DNA of 64,000 nucleotides. It comes from an uncultured Collinsella sp. Its GTDB lineage: Bacteria; Actinomycetota; Coriobacteriia; Coriobacteriales; Coriobacteriaceae. The stretch lies in contig CATYIU010000006.1 in NCBI GenBank assembly GCA_958407445.1, positions 412 through 64,411 on the forward strand. Direction: 5' to 3'. Below the pieces are notes generated by a model, which did no database searches, was not told the DNA's origin, and was given only the letters and a program-made list of their open reading frames with translations. Both the position numbers and the translations under genes were made by a program. Of the stretch, positions 48,283 to 58,463 are shown piece after piece; position 1 is the stretch's first letter, and every line of letters begins with the position of its first letter.

Positions 48283-49626
48283 CTAGTTGGCCATGACGCC
48301 TTCGGTCCAAGCCTCAACGTCCTCGATGCGCAGGACGTTGGCGACTTCGGCCACGCAGTCGACGCCGGCAAGCTCGGCGGCGGCAGCCTGGACGTCCTTC
48401 TCGAGCGCGCGGTGCGTCAGGAAGATGACCGAGCAGGCATCGCTGACGCCCGACTTGCCGTCCTCGACCTGGTTGATGAGCGAGATCGAGATGTTGTGCT
48501 TGGCAAAGATGTCGACCGTCTCGGACAGGGCGCCCACGCGGTCGGCGACCTTCAGGCGCACATAGTACTTGGTCTGGAGCTCGTCCATAGGCTTAAAGGC
48601 GAGATTGTGACCATAGGGCTCAATCTCGGGCAGCGGAGCCACGCCGCGGCTGATCTGCTCGGAGAGCGACAGGATATCGCCCACGACGGCGCTCGCGGTG
48701 GGGAAGGAGCCTGCGCCGGCACCGTAGAACATGGTTTCGCCCACGGCGTCACCCACCACGTAGACGGCGTTCATGGCGCCGTTGACCTTGGCGAGCATAT
48801 GGTCTGCCGGGATGAGCGTGGGATGCACGCGGACGTCGACGCCGGCGTCGGTGTTGCGTGCGATGCCCAGCAGCTTGATGGTGTAGCCGAGCTCGCGGGC
48901 CTGGGCGATGTCCTCGGCGCCGATGGTACGGATACCCTGTTGGTAGACATCGTCGGTGGTCACGCGGGTGCCAAAGCCGATGGAAGCGAGGATGGCCGTC
49001 TTGCTGGCGGCGTCGAAGCCGTCGACGTCGGCGGACGGGTCGGCCTCGGCATAGCCCTTGGCCTGCGCGTCGGCAAGCACATCGGCGTAATCGGCGCCCT
49101 CGGCGTCCATGCGCGACAGGATATAGTTGGTGGTACCGTTGAGAATGCCGGCGATGGTCAGGATCTTGTTGCCCACCAGGTCGTGCTCGAGCGTGCTCAC
49201 GATGGGGATGCCACCGCCACAGCTGGCCTCGCACTTAATCTGCACGCCGCACGCGCGCGCCTTCTCGGCGAGCGTCTCGACATGACGGCCCAGCAGGGCC
49301 TTGTTGGCAGAGACGACGTGCTTGCCGTGCTCAAAGGCAGTGGTGAAGATCTCGGTTGCGGGATGCTCGCCGCCGATCAGCTCGACGACGATATCGACGG
49401 CGGGGTCGGTGACGACATCGTGCCAGTCACTCGTAAAGGCCTCGCGCTCAATACCGGCTGCCTCGGCCTGCTCCCAAGCAAGCGCGCAGGCGCGGGTCAG
49501 CTTAAGGTCGATGCCGTAGGCTGCCAGGTACTCATCGTGGTGGCTCTTGATCAGGCGGGCCACGCCGCCGCCGACGGTTCCCAGACCGATGAGGCCGACG
49601 TTCACGGTGCGCAGGGGTTCGCTCAT
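48283..49626 (-). CDS. hom: Homoserine dehydrogenase with C-terminal ACT domain
   Basis: GLGTVGGG, VVSANK, EASCGGGIP, GILNGTTNYIL, YAEADP..DVDG.D. Confidence 0.95.
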   Translation of the reverse strand: MSEPLRTVNVGLIGLGTVGGGVARLIKSHHDEYLAAYGIDLKLTRACALAWEQAEAAGIEREAFTSDWHDVVTDPAVDIVVELIGGEHPATEIFTTAFEHGKHVVSANKALLGRHVETLAEKARACGVQIKCEASCGGGIPIVSTLEHDLVGNKILTIAGILNGTTNYILSRMDAEGADYADVLADAQAKGYAEADPSADVDGFDAASKTAILASIGFGTRVTTDDVYQQGIRTIGAEDIAQARELGYTIKLLGIARNTDAGVDVRVHPTLIPADHMLAKVNGAMNAVYVVGDAVGETMFYGAGAGSFPTASAVVGDILSLSEQISRGVAPLPEIEPYGHNLAFKPMDELQTKYYVRLKVADRVGALSETVDIFAKHNISISLINQVEDGKSGVSDACSVIFLTHRALEKDVQAAAAELAGVDCVAEVANVLRIEDVEAWTEGVMAN

Positions 49627-49835
49627 AGATAGCTCCTTCGTGCATCTTATGGATGGATTAACCGCTTAAAGGTTGAGTGCATTCTAGCGTGAACCGAGGG
49701 CGCGTGCTCGCCAGGCAACAGGAGTCGCACAAAACGGCACCCCCGAAACGCTGCGGAAACATTGGAAACATGCTCGCTGCAAACGAACTTCCGTAACAAA
49801 CTGTCAACGTTTGCACCATAAGGTTTGCCCTGTGC

Positions 49836-50231
49836 GACTGGGGCATGCAGGCGCTCGTCGGCCCCGTCACGACCGGTGCTGCCGTCGCCGTCTCGGGTGA
49901 GATCGCCGACGATATGCTCATGACCCCGTTTTCCGCCGACGATGAGAAGAATGCCGACTTCGTCAAGGCCTATAAGGATGCCTACGACGAGACGCCTAAC
50001 CAGTTTGCCGCCGACGCCTACGATTGCGTCCACGCCATCGCCGAGGCTATCGATAAGGTGGGCATCGACATTACGGCTGACGGTGCCGACATCGCCGGCG
50101 ACCTTGCCAAGGCCATGCGCAAGATCAAGATCGAGGGCCTGACGGGCGAGCTGACGTGGAACGACGAGGGCCAAGTCGAAAAGCCCGCTACGGCCTATGT
50201 GATTCAGGACGGCAAGTACATCGCCGCCTAA
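49836..50231 (+). pseudogene. Truncated, internally deleted paralog of the downstream branched-chain amino acid binding protein
   Basis: DWGMQALVGP.TTGA.VAV joined directly to LMTPFSADDEKNADFV...; no signal peptide; about 152 codons missing relative to 50501-51688. Confidence 0.8.
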
Positions 50232-50500
50232 GTGCATATAACGAGACCGGTGGGGCCGTTTTATGCAAGGCAAGGACGCCTGTAACAGAACGGAAACATT
50301 ACTTTCACACAATAAAGTGGCTAAACTGCATAAACCGACAGGAATACGCAGAATTATGGATAAATGGGCAAAACAAAAGAAAAGTTGAAATAATCGCCAC
50401 TTTCCTTAACTAAAGCGTCTAGTATTTTGCGAACGCCGAACACGGCGAAGGATGGCCTGTCGGGTAACCGAAACCCGACGAGATTTGAGAGGAGAGCCGC

Positions 50501-51688
50501 ATGTCGAGCCTCACCGGTAAGTCATTGAACCCTGTTATGAATCGCAGGAGCGTTATCGCGAGCGCAGCAGGTCTGGGGGCGATGTCCATTCTAGCTGGCT
50601 GCTCCTCCAACGGCGGCGACAGCGGTTCCGCTTCGAGCGACGCTTCGTTTAAGATCGGTACCATCGGCCCGCTGACCGGCGCCAACGCGTCCTACGGCAA
50701 GTCCGTTACCCAGGGTGTCGAGCTTGGCTGCAAGGATTTCTCGACCAAGGAGCTGCCGCTTGCCAGCAAGGCCGAGGATGACCAGGCCGACGGCGAGAAG
50801 GCCGTCAACGCCTTCAACACCCTGCTCGACTGGGGCATGCAGGCCCTCGTCGGCCCGACCACCACGGGTGCGTCGGTTGCCGTTGCCGCCGAGTGCGGTA
50901 ACGACCCCAAGACGTTCATGATCACCCCGTCCGCGTCCTCCGAGGACGTTACCAAGGGCAAGGATTGCGTCTTCCAGGTTTGCTTTACCGACCCCAACCA
51001 GGGTGTCAACGCTGCCAAGTTCCTGGCGCAGAAGTATGCGGACGAGAAGTTCGTGCTGTTCTATAACTCCGGCGACGCCTATTCTTCGGGCATCGCAGAC
51101 TCCTTTAAGGCTCAGGCCGCTAAGTCCAAGCTCGAGATTGTCGATGAGGAGACCTTTAAGGACGACTCCGCCACGAGCTTTACCAACCAGCTGACCAAGG
51201 CCAAGCAGTCTGGCGCCACCATGATCTTTGCCCCGATCTACTACACCCCGGCCTCGGTCCTGCTTAAGAACGCCAAGGACATGGGCTACGACGTCAAGAT
51301 GATGGGCTGCGACGGCATGGACGGCATCCTGGGCGTTGAGGGCTTCGACACTTCTCTTGCCGAGGGCCTGCTGCTCATGACCCCGTTCTCCGCCGACGAC
51401 GAGAAGAACGCCGACTTCGTCAACGCTTACAAGGATAAGTACGGCGATACCCCCGACCAGTTTGCCGCCGACGCCTACGATGGCGTGCACGCGGTGGCCG
51501 AGGCCCTCAAGGAGGCCGGTCTTGGTGTCGACGCCGACCCGACCGAGGTCGCCGAGAAGCTGCCCAAGGCTATGCTCAAGATTACCGTTGACGGTCTGAC
51601 CGGCAAGCTCACCTGGAACGATAAGGGCCAGGTCCAGAAGGACCCCACGGCGTACGTCATCACCGACGGCAAGTACGTACAGGCCTAA
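50501..51688 (+). CDS. livK: Branched-chain amino acid ABC transporter substrate-binding lipoprotein (LivJ/LivK family)
   Basis: NRRSVI twin-arginine-like motif, LAGC lipobox, IGTIGPLTG, FAADAYD. Confidence 0.88.
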   Translation: MSSLTGKSLNPVMNRRSVIASAAGLGAMSILAGCSSNGGDSGSASSDASFKIGTIGPLTGANASYGKSVTQGVELGCKDFSTKELPLASKAEDDQADGEKAVNAFNTLLDWGMQALVGPTTTGASVAVAAECGNDPKTFMITPSASSEDVTKGKDCVFQVCFTDPNQGVNAAKFLAQKYADEKFVLFYNSGDAYSSGIADSFKAQAAKSKLEIVDEETFKDDSATSFTNQLTKAKQSGATMIFAPIYYTPASVLLKNAKDMGYDVKMMGCDGMDGILGVEGFDTSLAEGLLLMTPFSADDEKNADFVNAYKDKYGDTPDQFAADAYDGVHAVAEALKEAGLGVDADPTEVAEKLPKAMLKITVDGLTGKLTWNDKGQVQKDPTAYVITDGKYVQA

Positions 51689-51827
51689 TAAGCCGCCTTA
51701 CATAGAGCGGTTTTGATCCCAGGCAGGGGAGGTTTTGGCCTTCCCTGCTTGCTTGGTATCTAGGGACAGTGTAACGTCCCTGCTTCATACATCAACTGGA
51801 AACCTATTCGAAAGGGGGATGTGGAAC

Positions 51828-52709
51828 ATGACGGTCTTTATCCAATACCTGGTCAACGGCCTGTCCATGGGCAGCGTCTACGCCATCATCGCGTTGGGCT
51901 ACACCATGGTCTACGGTATCGCCAAGATGCTGAACTTCGCTCACGGAGACGTTATCATGGTCGGTGCCTATGTCTCGTTCTGCGCCACGTCGTATCTCGG
52001 CCTCCCGGGCTGGGCATCTGTAATTCTCTCTTGCGCGGTCTGCACGGTTCTCGGTGTTCTCATTGAGGGTCTGGCCTATAAGCCGCTGCGCCAAGCAGGC
52101 CCGCTGGCCGTTCTGATCACGGCCATCGGCGTGTCTTACTTCCTGCAGAACGCCGCGCAGCTTCTGTGGGGCGCCACGCCCAAGAACTTCACTTCGCTCG
52201 TCACCTTCCCGGTGCCGGAGTTCTTGGCCAAGTTCAACGTGAGCGCTGTCTCGCTCGTCACCATCGTCGCCTGCCTGGTTATCATGGCCGGCCTGATGTT
52301 CTTTACAGGTAAGACCAAGATGGGCAAAGCCATGCGCGCCGTGTCCGAGGACAAAGCCGCCGCTCAGCTCATGGGCATCAACGTCAACCGCACCATCTCG
52401 ATGACGTTCGCCATCGGCTCCGCCCTTGCCGCCATCGCCGGTGTGCTCCTGTGCTCCTACTCGCCGGTCCTGCAGCCCACCACGGGCGCCATGCCTGGCA
52501 TCAAGGCCTTCGACGCCGCCGTTTTCGGCGGCATCGGCTCCATCCCCGGTGCCTTTGTCGGTGGCATCCTCATCGGCATCATCGAGGCGATGGCGCAGGC
52601 ATACATTTCCACGAGCCTTGCCAACTCCATCGTCTTTGGTGTTTTGATCATCGTCCTGCTCGTCAAGCCTGCCGGCCTCTTGGGCAAGTACGTCCCCGAG
52701 AAGGTGTAG
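51828..52709 (+). CDS. livH: BCAA ABC permease
   Basis: NGLSMGSVYAIIALGYTMVYG...NFAHG, GKAMRAVSED. Confidence 0.93.
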   Translation: MTVFIQYLVNGLSMGSVYAIIALGYTMVYGIAKMLNFAHGDVIMVGAYVSFCATSYLGLPGWASVILSCAVCTVLGVLIEGLAYKPLRQAGPLAVLITAIGVSYFLQNAAQLLWGATPKNFTSLVTFPVPEFLAKFNVSAVSLVTIVACLVIMAGLMFFTGKTKMGKAMRAVSEDKAAAQLMGINVNRTISMTFAIGSALAAIAGVLLCSYSPVLQPTTGAMPGIKAFDAAVFGGIGSIPGAFVGGILIGIIEAMAQAYISTSLANSIVFGVLIIVLLVKPAGLLGKYVPEKV

Positions 52710-53798
52710 GTGAGCGTTATGAAGTTTCTTAAAGACAAGCAGACGCGTCACGACTTTGTTACGTACGCCATGTGCCTTGTGGCGTTCGCCATCGTGTTCT
52801 TTATGCAGTCCAACCATATGATTCCGCGCATGATCGCCGGTCAGCTGGTTCCCATCACGGCCTATATCGTTATGGCTATCTCGCTCAACCTCGTCGTCGG
52901 CATCGCGGGCGACTTGTCGCTGGGCCATGCGGGCTTTATGAGCGTCGGTGCCTACACGGGCATCGTTACCGCGGTCGCCCTCGAGGGCGCCGTTCCCTCC
53001 GATCCGGTGCGCCTTATCATCAGTATCGTGGTCGGCGCCATCGCTGCCGCCATCCTGGGCTTCTTGATCGGCATCCCGGTCCTGCGCCTGAGCGGCGATT
53101 ATCTGGCTATCGTGACGCTGGCGTTTGGCGAGATCATCAAAGAGATCGTCACCTGCCTTATCGTGGGCGTCGACTCCCGCGGCCTGCATGTGATCTTTAA
53201 CATCACGGGTAACTCCACGATCGACGACCTGCACCTGCTCGAGGACGGCACCGCCATCATCAAGGGCGCGCAGGGCGCATCGGGTGTGTCGACGTACTCG
53301 ACCTTCCTCGCCGGTGCCATCCTGGTTATGGTCGCACTCGTGATCGTGCTCAACCTGGTTCGCAGCCGTACCGGCCGTGCCATTATGGCCGTGCGCGACA
53401 ACAAGATCGCTGCCGAGTCTGTGGGCATCTCCGTCACCGAGTACCACATGATCGCCTTCGTGGTTTCCGCCGCTCTCGCCGGCGCTGCCGGAGCCCTCTT
53501 CGGCGGTAACTTCTCGCAGCTTTCCGCTACCAAGTTCGACTTCAACACGTCCATCCTCATCCTGGTGTTCGTGGTCCTGGGCGGCCTGGGCAACATGCGC
53601 GGCTCCGTTATCGCTGCGGCACTGCTCACGGTGCTTCCCGAGCTGCTCCGTCAGTTCTCGGACTACCGCATGCTCATCTATGCCATTGTGCTGATTCTGG
53701 TCATGATCTTTACCAACAACCCGCAGCTCAAGGCGTTCTTCGCACGCATTAAGGACCGCTTTGCTTCCAAGAAGGAGGTGGCAGCCGATGCCCAGTAA
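52710..53798 (+). CDS. livM: BCAA ABC permease
   Basis: SLNLVVG..G.LSLGHAGF, LRLSGDYLAIVTLAFGEII. Confidence 0.93.
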   Translation: MSVMKFLKDKQTRHDFVTYAMCLVAFAIVFFMQSNHMIPRMIAGQLVPITAYIVMAISLNLVVGIAGDLSLGHAGFMSVGAYTGIVTAVALEGAVPSDPVRLIISIVVGAIAAAILGFLIGIPVLRLSGDYLAIVTLAFGEIIKEIVTCLIVGVDSRGLHVIFNITGNSTIDDLHLLEDGTAIIKGAQGASGVSTYSTFLAGAILVMVALVIVLNLVRSRTGRAIMAVRDNKIAAESVGISVTEYHMIAFVVSAALAGAAGALFGGNFSQLSATKFDFNTSILILVFVVLGGLGNMRGSVIAAALLTVLPELLRQFSDYRMLIYAIVLILVMIFTNNPQLKAFFARIKDRFASKKEVAADAQ

Positions 53799-54648
53799 GT
53801 TTGAGTTCAACAAGGGCAAGATGGTCCCGTATCCTTCTGGCGCCATCGTTCCCGACCGCGACCTGGGCCAGCGCCCGGCGCTCGAGTGCATCCACTTGGG
53901 CATTGAATTTGGCGGCCTTAAGGCAGTCGACGACTTTAGCCTGACCATCGGTAAGACCGAGATCGCCGGTCTGATCGGCCCCAACGGTGCCGGTAAGACC
54001 ACGGTCTTCAACCTGCTCACCAAGGTGTACCAGCCCACGCACGGCACCATCCTGCTCGACGGTGAGGACACCTCGGGCAAGTCGGTCTACCAGGTCAACC
54101 GCATGGGCATCGCCCGTACCTTCCAAAACATCCGCCTGTTCAATACCATGACGGTGGAGGATAACGTTAAGGTCGGCCTGCATAACCAGGAGCGCTACTC
54201 CGGCTTTGAGGGCGTGCTGCGTCTGCCGACGTATTGGAAGCACGAGAAGGCCGCCCACGAGCGCGCGATGGAGCTGCTGTCCATTTTTGATATGGAGCAT
54301 CTGGCAAACGAGCAGGCCGGATCGCTGCCTTACGGCGCTCAGCGTCGTCTGGAGATAGTCCGCGCGCTTGCCACCAACCCCAAGCTACTGCTGCTCGACG
54401 AGCCTGCCGCCGGCATGAACCCGTCCGAGACCGCCGAGCTCATGGAGAACATCGTCAAGATTCGCGACACCTTTGGCATTGCCATCATGCTTATCGAGCA
54501 CGACATGTCGCTCGTTATGAACATCTGCGAGGGCATCTGCGTGCTCAACTTTGGCAAGGTCATCGCCAAGGGCACGGCCGAGGAGATCCAGAACAACGAC
54601 GCCGTTATCGAGGCATATCTGGGCAAGCAGGATAAGGGGGAGAACTAA
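53788..54648 (+). CDS. livG: BCAA ABC ATPase
   Basis: GPNGAGKTT, ARTFQNIRLF, LPYGAQRRLEI, LLDEPAAG. Confidence 0.94.
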   Translation: MPSKFEFNKGKMVPYPSGAIVPDRDLGQRPALECIHLGIEFGGLKAVDDFSLTIGKTEIAGLIGPNGAGKTTVFNLLTKVYQPTHGTILLDGEDTSGKSVYQVNRMGIARTFQNIRLFNTMTVEDNVKVGLHNQERYSGFEGVLRLPTYWKHEKAAHERAMELLSIFDMEHLANEQAGSLPYGAQRRLEIVRALATNPKLLLLDEPAAGMNPSETAELMENIVKIRDTFGIAIMLIEHDMSLVMNICEGICVLNFGKVIAKGTAEEIQNNDAVIEAYLGKQDKGEN

Positions 54649-55362
54649 ATGGCAGAGCCGATGCTTTCCGTCTACAACATCAACGTCTGGTACGGCGCCA
54701 TCCACGCCATCAAGGACATCTCCTTTAACGTCAACGAGGGCGAAATCGTGGCCCTGATCGGCGCGAACGGCGCCGGCAAGTCCACGACGCTTAAGACCGT
54801 CTCGGGCCTGCTGCGCTCCAAGACCGGCTCCATCAAGTTTATGGGCGAGGACATTACCCATACGCCTGCCGACAAGCTGGTGGGCAAGGGCCTGGCCCAG
54901 GTCCCCGAGGGGCGTCGCGCCTTTTTGCAGATGACGGTTGAGGAGAACCTGGAGATGGGTGCCTATACGCAGCCCAAGTCCACGGTTGCTCCGGGCCTTG
55001 AGCGCGTCTACGAGCAGTTCCCGCGCCTGAAGGAACGCCGTCGCCAGGTGGCCGGCACCCTCTCGGGTGGTGAGCAGCAGATGCTCGTCATGGGCCGTGC
55101 CCTCATGAGCAATCCCAAGCTGCTCATGCTCGATGAACCCTCCATGGGTTTGGCGCCGATCCTGATCGAGCAGATCTTCCAGATTGTCGAGGACCTGCAC
55201 AAGGCCGGCACCACGGTGCTTCTGGTCGAGCAGAACGCCCAGATGGCGCTTTCAATCGCCACGCGCGGCTACGTGCTCGAGACCGGCAAGATCACCATGA
55301 CCGGCACGGGCCAAGAGCTCCTGCACGACGACAACGTGCGTAAAGCCTACCTGGGCGGTTAG
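54649..55362 (+). CDS. livF: BCAA ABC ATPase
   Basis: GANGAGKST, LSGGEQQML, LDEPSMGLAP, VEQNA. Confidence 0.95.
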   Translation: MAEPMLSVYNINVWYGAIHAIKDISFNVNEGEIVALIGANGAGKSTTLKTVSGLLRSKTGSIKFMGEDITHTPADKLVGKGLAQVPEGRRAFLQMTVEENLEMGAYTQPKSTVAPGLERVYEQFPRLKERRRQVAGTLSGGEQQMLVMGRALMSNPKLLMLDEPSMGLAPILIEQIFQIVEDLHKAGTTVLLVEQNAQMALSIATRGYVLETGKITMTGTGQELLHDDNVRKAYLGG

Positions 55363-55405
55363 GCGGTTCCGCCGTTCTACCGAACGGCGGACCAGTCGAC
55401 GCTGC

Positions 55406-55505
55406 GCGGGCGCCAGAGCGACAACTTGTCATTCAAAGAGGGCGGCATGACCAGAAGGTCTATGCCGCCCTCTTTTCATGCCAATTTGTTCGCTCTGGCG
55501 CCCGC
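55406..55505. terminator. Long (100 bp) imperfect hairpin containing a terminator-like core
   Basis: Outer GCGGGCGCCAGAGCGA/TCGCTCTGGCGCCCGC; inner AAAGAGGGCGGCAT/ATGCCGCCCTCTTT. Confidence 0.7.
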
Positions 55506-55555
55506 TCGCTGTCGGTCCTCTGCCTGCGGCGTTACTTTGGTTCTGCCCCCTTTAT

Positions 55556-55621
55556 GTTGCGGTGGAATAGGGACTAGATGGGAGCCTCAGAGGCCAAAAG
55601 CAGTCCCTATTCCACCGCAAC
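55556..55621. repeat. Perfect 20-bp inverted repeat with 26-bp spacer
   Basis: GTTGCGGTGGAATAGGGACT / AGTCCCTATTCCACCGCAAC. Confidence 0.8.
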
Positions 55622-55681
55622 TTCATGGGGATGTGTGACAATGCCCGTCGGAAAACATCTGCTGTCTTTGGGGGTCTAGCT

Positions 55682-56359
55682 ATGCTGTACGAGTTTTGTG
55701 CCGAGAACTTTGAGCGAGTGCCGGCGGCCATCGAGGCCGGTGCGGGGCGCATTGAGCTGTGCGACAACCTCGCCGTCGGTGGCACCACGCCTTCCGCCGG
55801 CGTTATCAGCGCTACGGTCAGCTATGCTCACGAGCATGACGCGCGAGTGATGTGCATGATTCGCCCGCGTGGCGGTGACTTTCACTACAACCAGGACGAG
55901 CTGCGCATGATGGAGATGGACTTGGGTCTTGCCGTGAGCGCCGGCGTTGACGGCCTGGTCTTTGGCTGCTGCAAGCCCTGTGCCGGCGGCTGGGCGCTCG
56001 ACGAGCTCACCCTCGGCGCCCTCGTGATGGCTACGGGCTGCGCGACCGAGGAGTGCAAGCGCGGGGCCATCGATATCACCTTTCACATGGCCTTTGACCA
56101 GCTCTCGCTCGAGGCTCAGCTCGATGCCATTGACACACTCGCCGACTGCGGCATCACGCGCATCCTGACGCATGGTGGTGCTGCCGGAACGCCGATCGAG
56201 GACAACCTGGAGCACCTGTCGCGTCTTGTCGAGTATGCGGGCGACCGCCTGACCATTCTTCCCGGTGGCGGCATTTCCACGGCCAATCGCGATACCGTGG
56301 CGGCGGCACTGGGCGTCTCCGAACTCCATGGCACCAAGATCGTGCCGCTGGAGGTATAA
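55682..56359 (+). CDS. cutC: Copper homeostasis protein CutC family
   Basis: RIELCDNLAVGGTTPS, MIRPRGGDF, TFHMAFD, RILTHG. Confidence 0.92.
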   Translation: MLYEFCAENFERVPAAIEAGAGRIELCDNLAVGGTTPSAGVISATVSYAHEHDARVMCMIRPRGGDFHYNQDELRMMEMDLGLAVSAGVDGLVFGCCKPCAGGWALDELTLGALVMATGCATEECKRGAIDITFHMAFDQLSLEAQLDAIDTLADCGITRILTHGGAAGTPIEDNLEHLSRLVEYAGDRLTILPGGGISTANRDTVAAALGVSELHGTKIVPLEV

Positions 56360-56362
56360 CCC

Positions 56363-57160
56363 GTGGCGCTGGTATTTGACGTTCAGCAGGCGAACGGTAA
56401 GCCCGACGATAATCGTCGCCCTGGCACCGCGTGCCCCTTTTGTGATACGGAGGGGCTCGCCAGCGTCATCCAGCGCGATGGTGACTGCATCTGGCTCGAG
56501 AATAAGTTCAAGACCTTGCGGGCCACCCGTCAGACCGTATTGATCGAGTCTGCCAATCACGACGCCGACCTGGCGACCTATGAACCGGATGAGCTGCATC
56601 ATGTGATGCGGTTTGCCCTGGGCTGTTGGCAGCAGATGCTCGATTCCCAACAGTACCGCAGTGTGCTCATGTACAAGAACAAAGGCCCGCTTTCGGGCGG
56701 CAGCCTCGTCCATCCACACATGCAGATTGTGGGCTTGGAGCAGGAAGACGGCTATGCTTCGCTGGCTTCCGCCAATTTCGAAGGCATCAATGTTTGGCAA
56801 CAGGGGAGAATCTCGGTCAACATCTCAACCGAACCGATTATGGGATTCTTTGAGGTTAACGTCTCGGCTCCACAGGGAATCGCCGCCAGCGACGACGCCC
56901 GCGACCAAGCCGAAGCGGACCTGTTTGCCGATGCGATTCAGGTGGCCCTGCACTATATCCTGCACGAGCACCACGGCGGCCGCGCGGAGTCGTACAACTT
57001 GTTCTTCTACCACATGGGCGGTCGGACCATTGCCAAGGCGCTGCCGCGTTGGGTGGTTTCGCCCTACTTTGTCGGCTATCGTTTGGCCCAAGTCAATGCC
57101 GAGACGACGCTCGATATCGATGCTGAGCGTCTGCGTGCGCATCTGGAAACGCTCGTATAG
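56363..57160 (+). CDS. DUF4931-like GalT/HIT-fold protein
   Basis: CPFC, WLENKF, YKNKGPLSGGSLVHPHMQ. Confidence 0.8.
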   Translation: MALVFDVQQANGKPDDNRRPGTACPFCDTEGLASVIQRDGDCIWLENKFKTLRATRQTVLIESANHDADLATYEPDELHHVMRFALGCWQQMLDSQQYRSVLMYKNKGPLSGGSLVHPHMQIVGLEQEDGYASLASANFEGINVWQQGRISVNISTEPIMGFFEVNVSAPQGIAASDDARDQAEADLFADAIQVALHYILHEHHGGRAESYNLFFYHMGGRTIAKALPRWVVSPYFVGYRLAQVNAETTLDIDAERLRAHLETLV

Positions 57161-57190
57161 CAAGACTAACACCCGCGTAATGCGGACAGC

Positions 57191-58189
57191 CTAGCGCGCC
57201 ATGGCGTCGCGGCCAGCCTCGACCCGCTTGCGCTGGGCGGCGCGCTCCTCGCCGGTCAGGCGCTCAAAGAGGTGTCCGATAATTGAGGCCAACACCTGCT
57301 GAAACAGCGTGCCGCACATGACGGGGAATACCACTTCGCCGGGAAAATACTGCGTGGCGATGACGGCACCCGAAGAGATGTTGCGCATGCCGCAGGTAAA
57401 GCACATGGTGGTCGTCTCGCTATACGGCAGGTGCAGGGCCCGGGCGATCAGGACGCCGATGATAAAGCCGCTGATGGCGAACACCAGGATAAAGAGCGCG
57501 ACTTCTAAGCGCTCAACATTCATGTGTAGCACGTACTCGCTCATAGCGGTGGAGTTGGACGCGATGACGCCCATCATCATGAACTTGCAGGCGGGCGAGA
57601 GCGCGGGGGAGAGTTTCTCGTGGCCCCAGCCGCGCGTGAGTTCATTGATGACAATACCGAGCACAGTGGGGATGGCGATCATAAAGGCCATGTTCTGCAT
57701 CATGTTCGGCACGTCGATTGCAACGGTGGCACCCAGCAGGAGCTTAAGCGTGAGCGGAATCGTGACGGGCGAGATGACCGAGGACGTCAGGATGATGGTG
57801 AGCGCGAGCGGGCCGTTGCCGCCGAACATGCTAATCCACATAAAGGCAGTGACCGCCACGGGTACGCTGTACTCGAGCACGATGCCGCAGACAAGGTTGG
57901 GATTGGAGCCAAAGAATAACGATCCCATGGCATAGGCCGCGATGGGAATAAGCGCCGCCGAGACGAGCAGTGCCAAAATCAGGTGCAGGGGACGGCGGAA
58001 CACCTCGGCTACCTGGTGGAAGGTGTTGCTGAGCGCACCCTGAAACGTCATAAAGGCGAAGAGGGCGGGAACAATGGGCTTGAGCACGCCAATCTGCTGG
58101 GGAAAGAGCACGCCGAGCGCCACGCAAATCGGAACGATGACCTGCATATGCCCCGCGAGGAACTTTCCCAGTCCAGCCCATTGCTTCAT
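57191..58189 (-). CDS. Bile acid:sodium symporter (BASS/SBF) family protein
   Basis: Multi-TM; P.AVTA..W....GGN..LAL, GMRN. Confidence 0.8.
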   Translation of the reverse strand: MKQWAGLGKFLAGHMQVIVPICVALGVLFPQQIGVLKPIVPALFAFMTFQGALSNTFHQVAEVFRRPLHLILALLVSAALIPIAAYAMGSLFFGSNPNLVCGIVLEYSVPVAVTAFMWISMFGGNGPLALTIILTSSVISPVTIPLTLKLLLGATVAIDVPNMMQNMAFMIAIPTVLGIVINELTRGWGHEKLSPALSPACKFMMMGVIASNSTAMSEYVLHMNVERLEVALFILVFAISGFIIGVLIARALHLPYSETTTMCFTCGMRNISSGAVIATQYFPGEVVFPVMCGTLFQQVLASIIGHLFERLTGEERAAQRKRVEAGRDAMAR

Positions 58190-58463
58190 ATGTCCCGTGA
58201 CTCCCTTTATCCGCGAACTCGTTTGTATGGATATGCTAGACGCTCGTATGCGTCCGTGCGGCTGAAACGCTCGATTATTTCGAGGGTATTACCGGCATCG
58301 TTTACCGAAACCGCGGCGTGCTGCGGCGATTTGCGTCCGCGCCGCACGGTATAATAAATCCGTTCAACAGATCTGCCTGCCGAAGCGGGCATACACAGAG
58401 GACTCATCGCTATGAACCGTGAGAGGTATCGCGGCGACCTGCCCCTATCAGGGGTGGGTGCCT

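Noticed and set aside
51804..54080. 758-aa minus-strand ORF
   Set aside because: Antisense shadow of livHMG.
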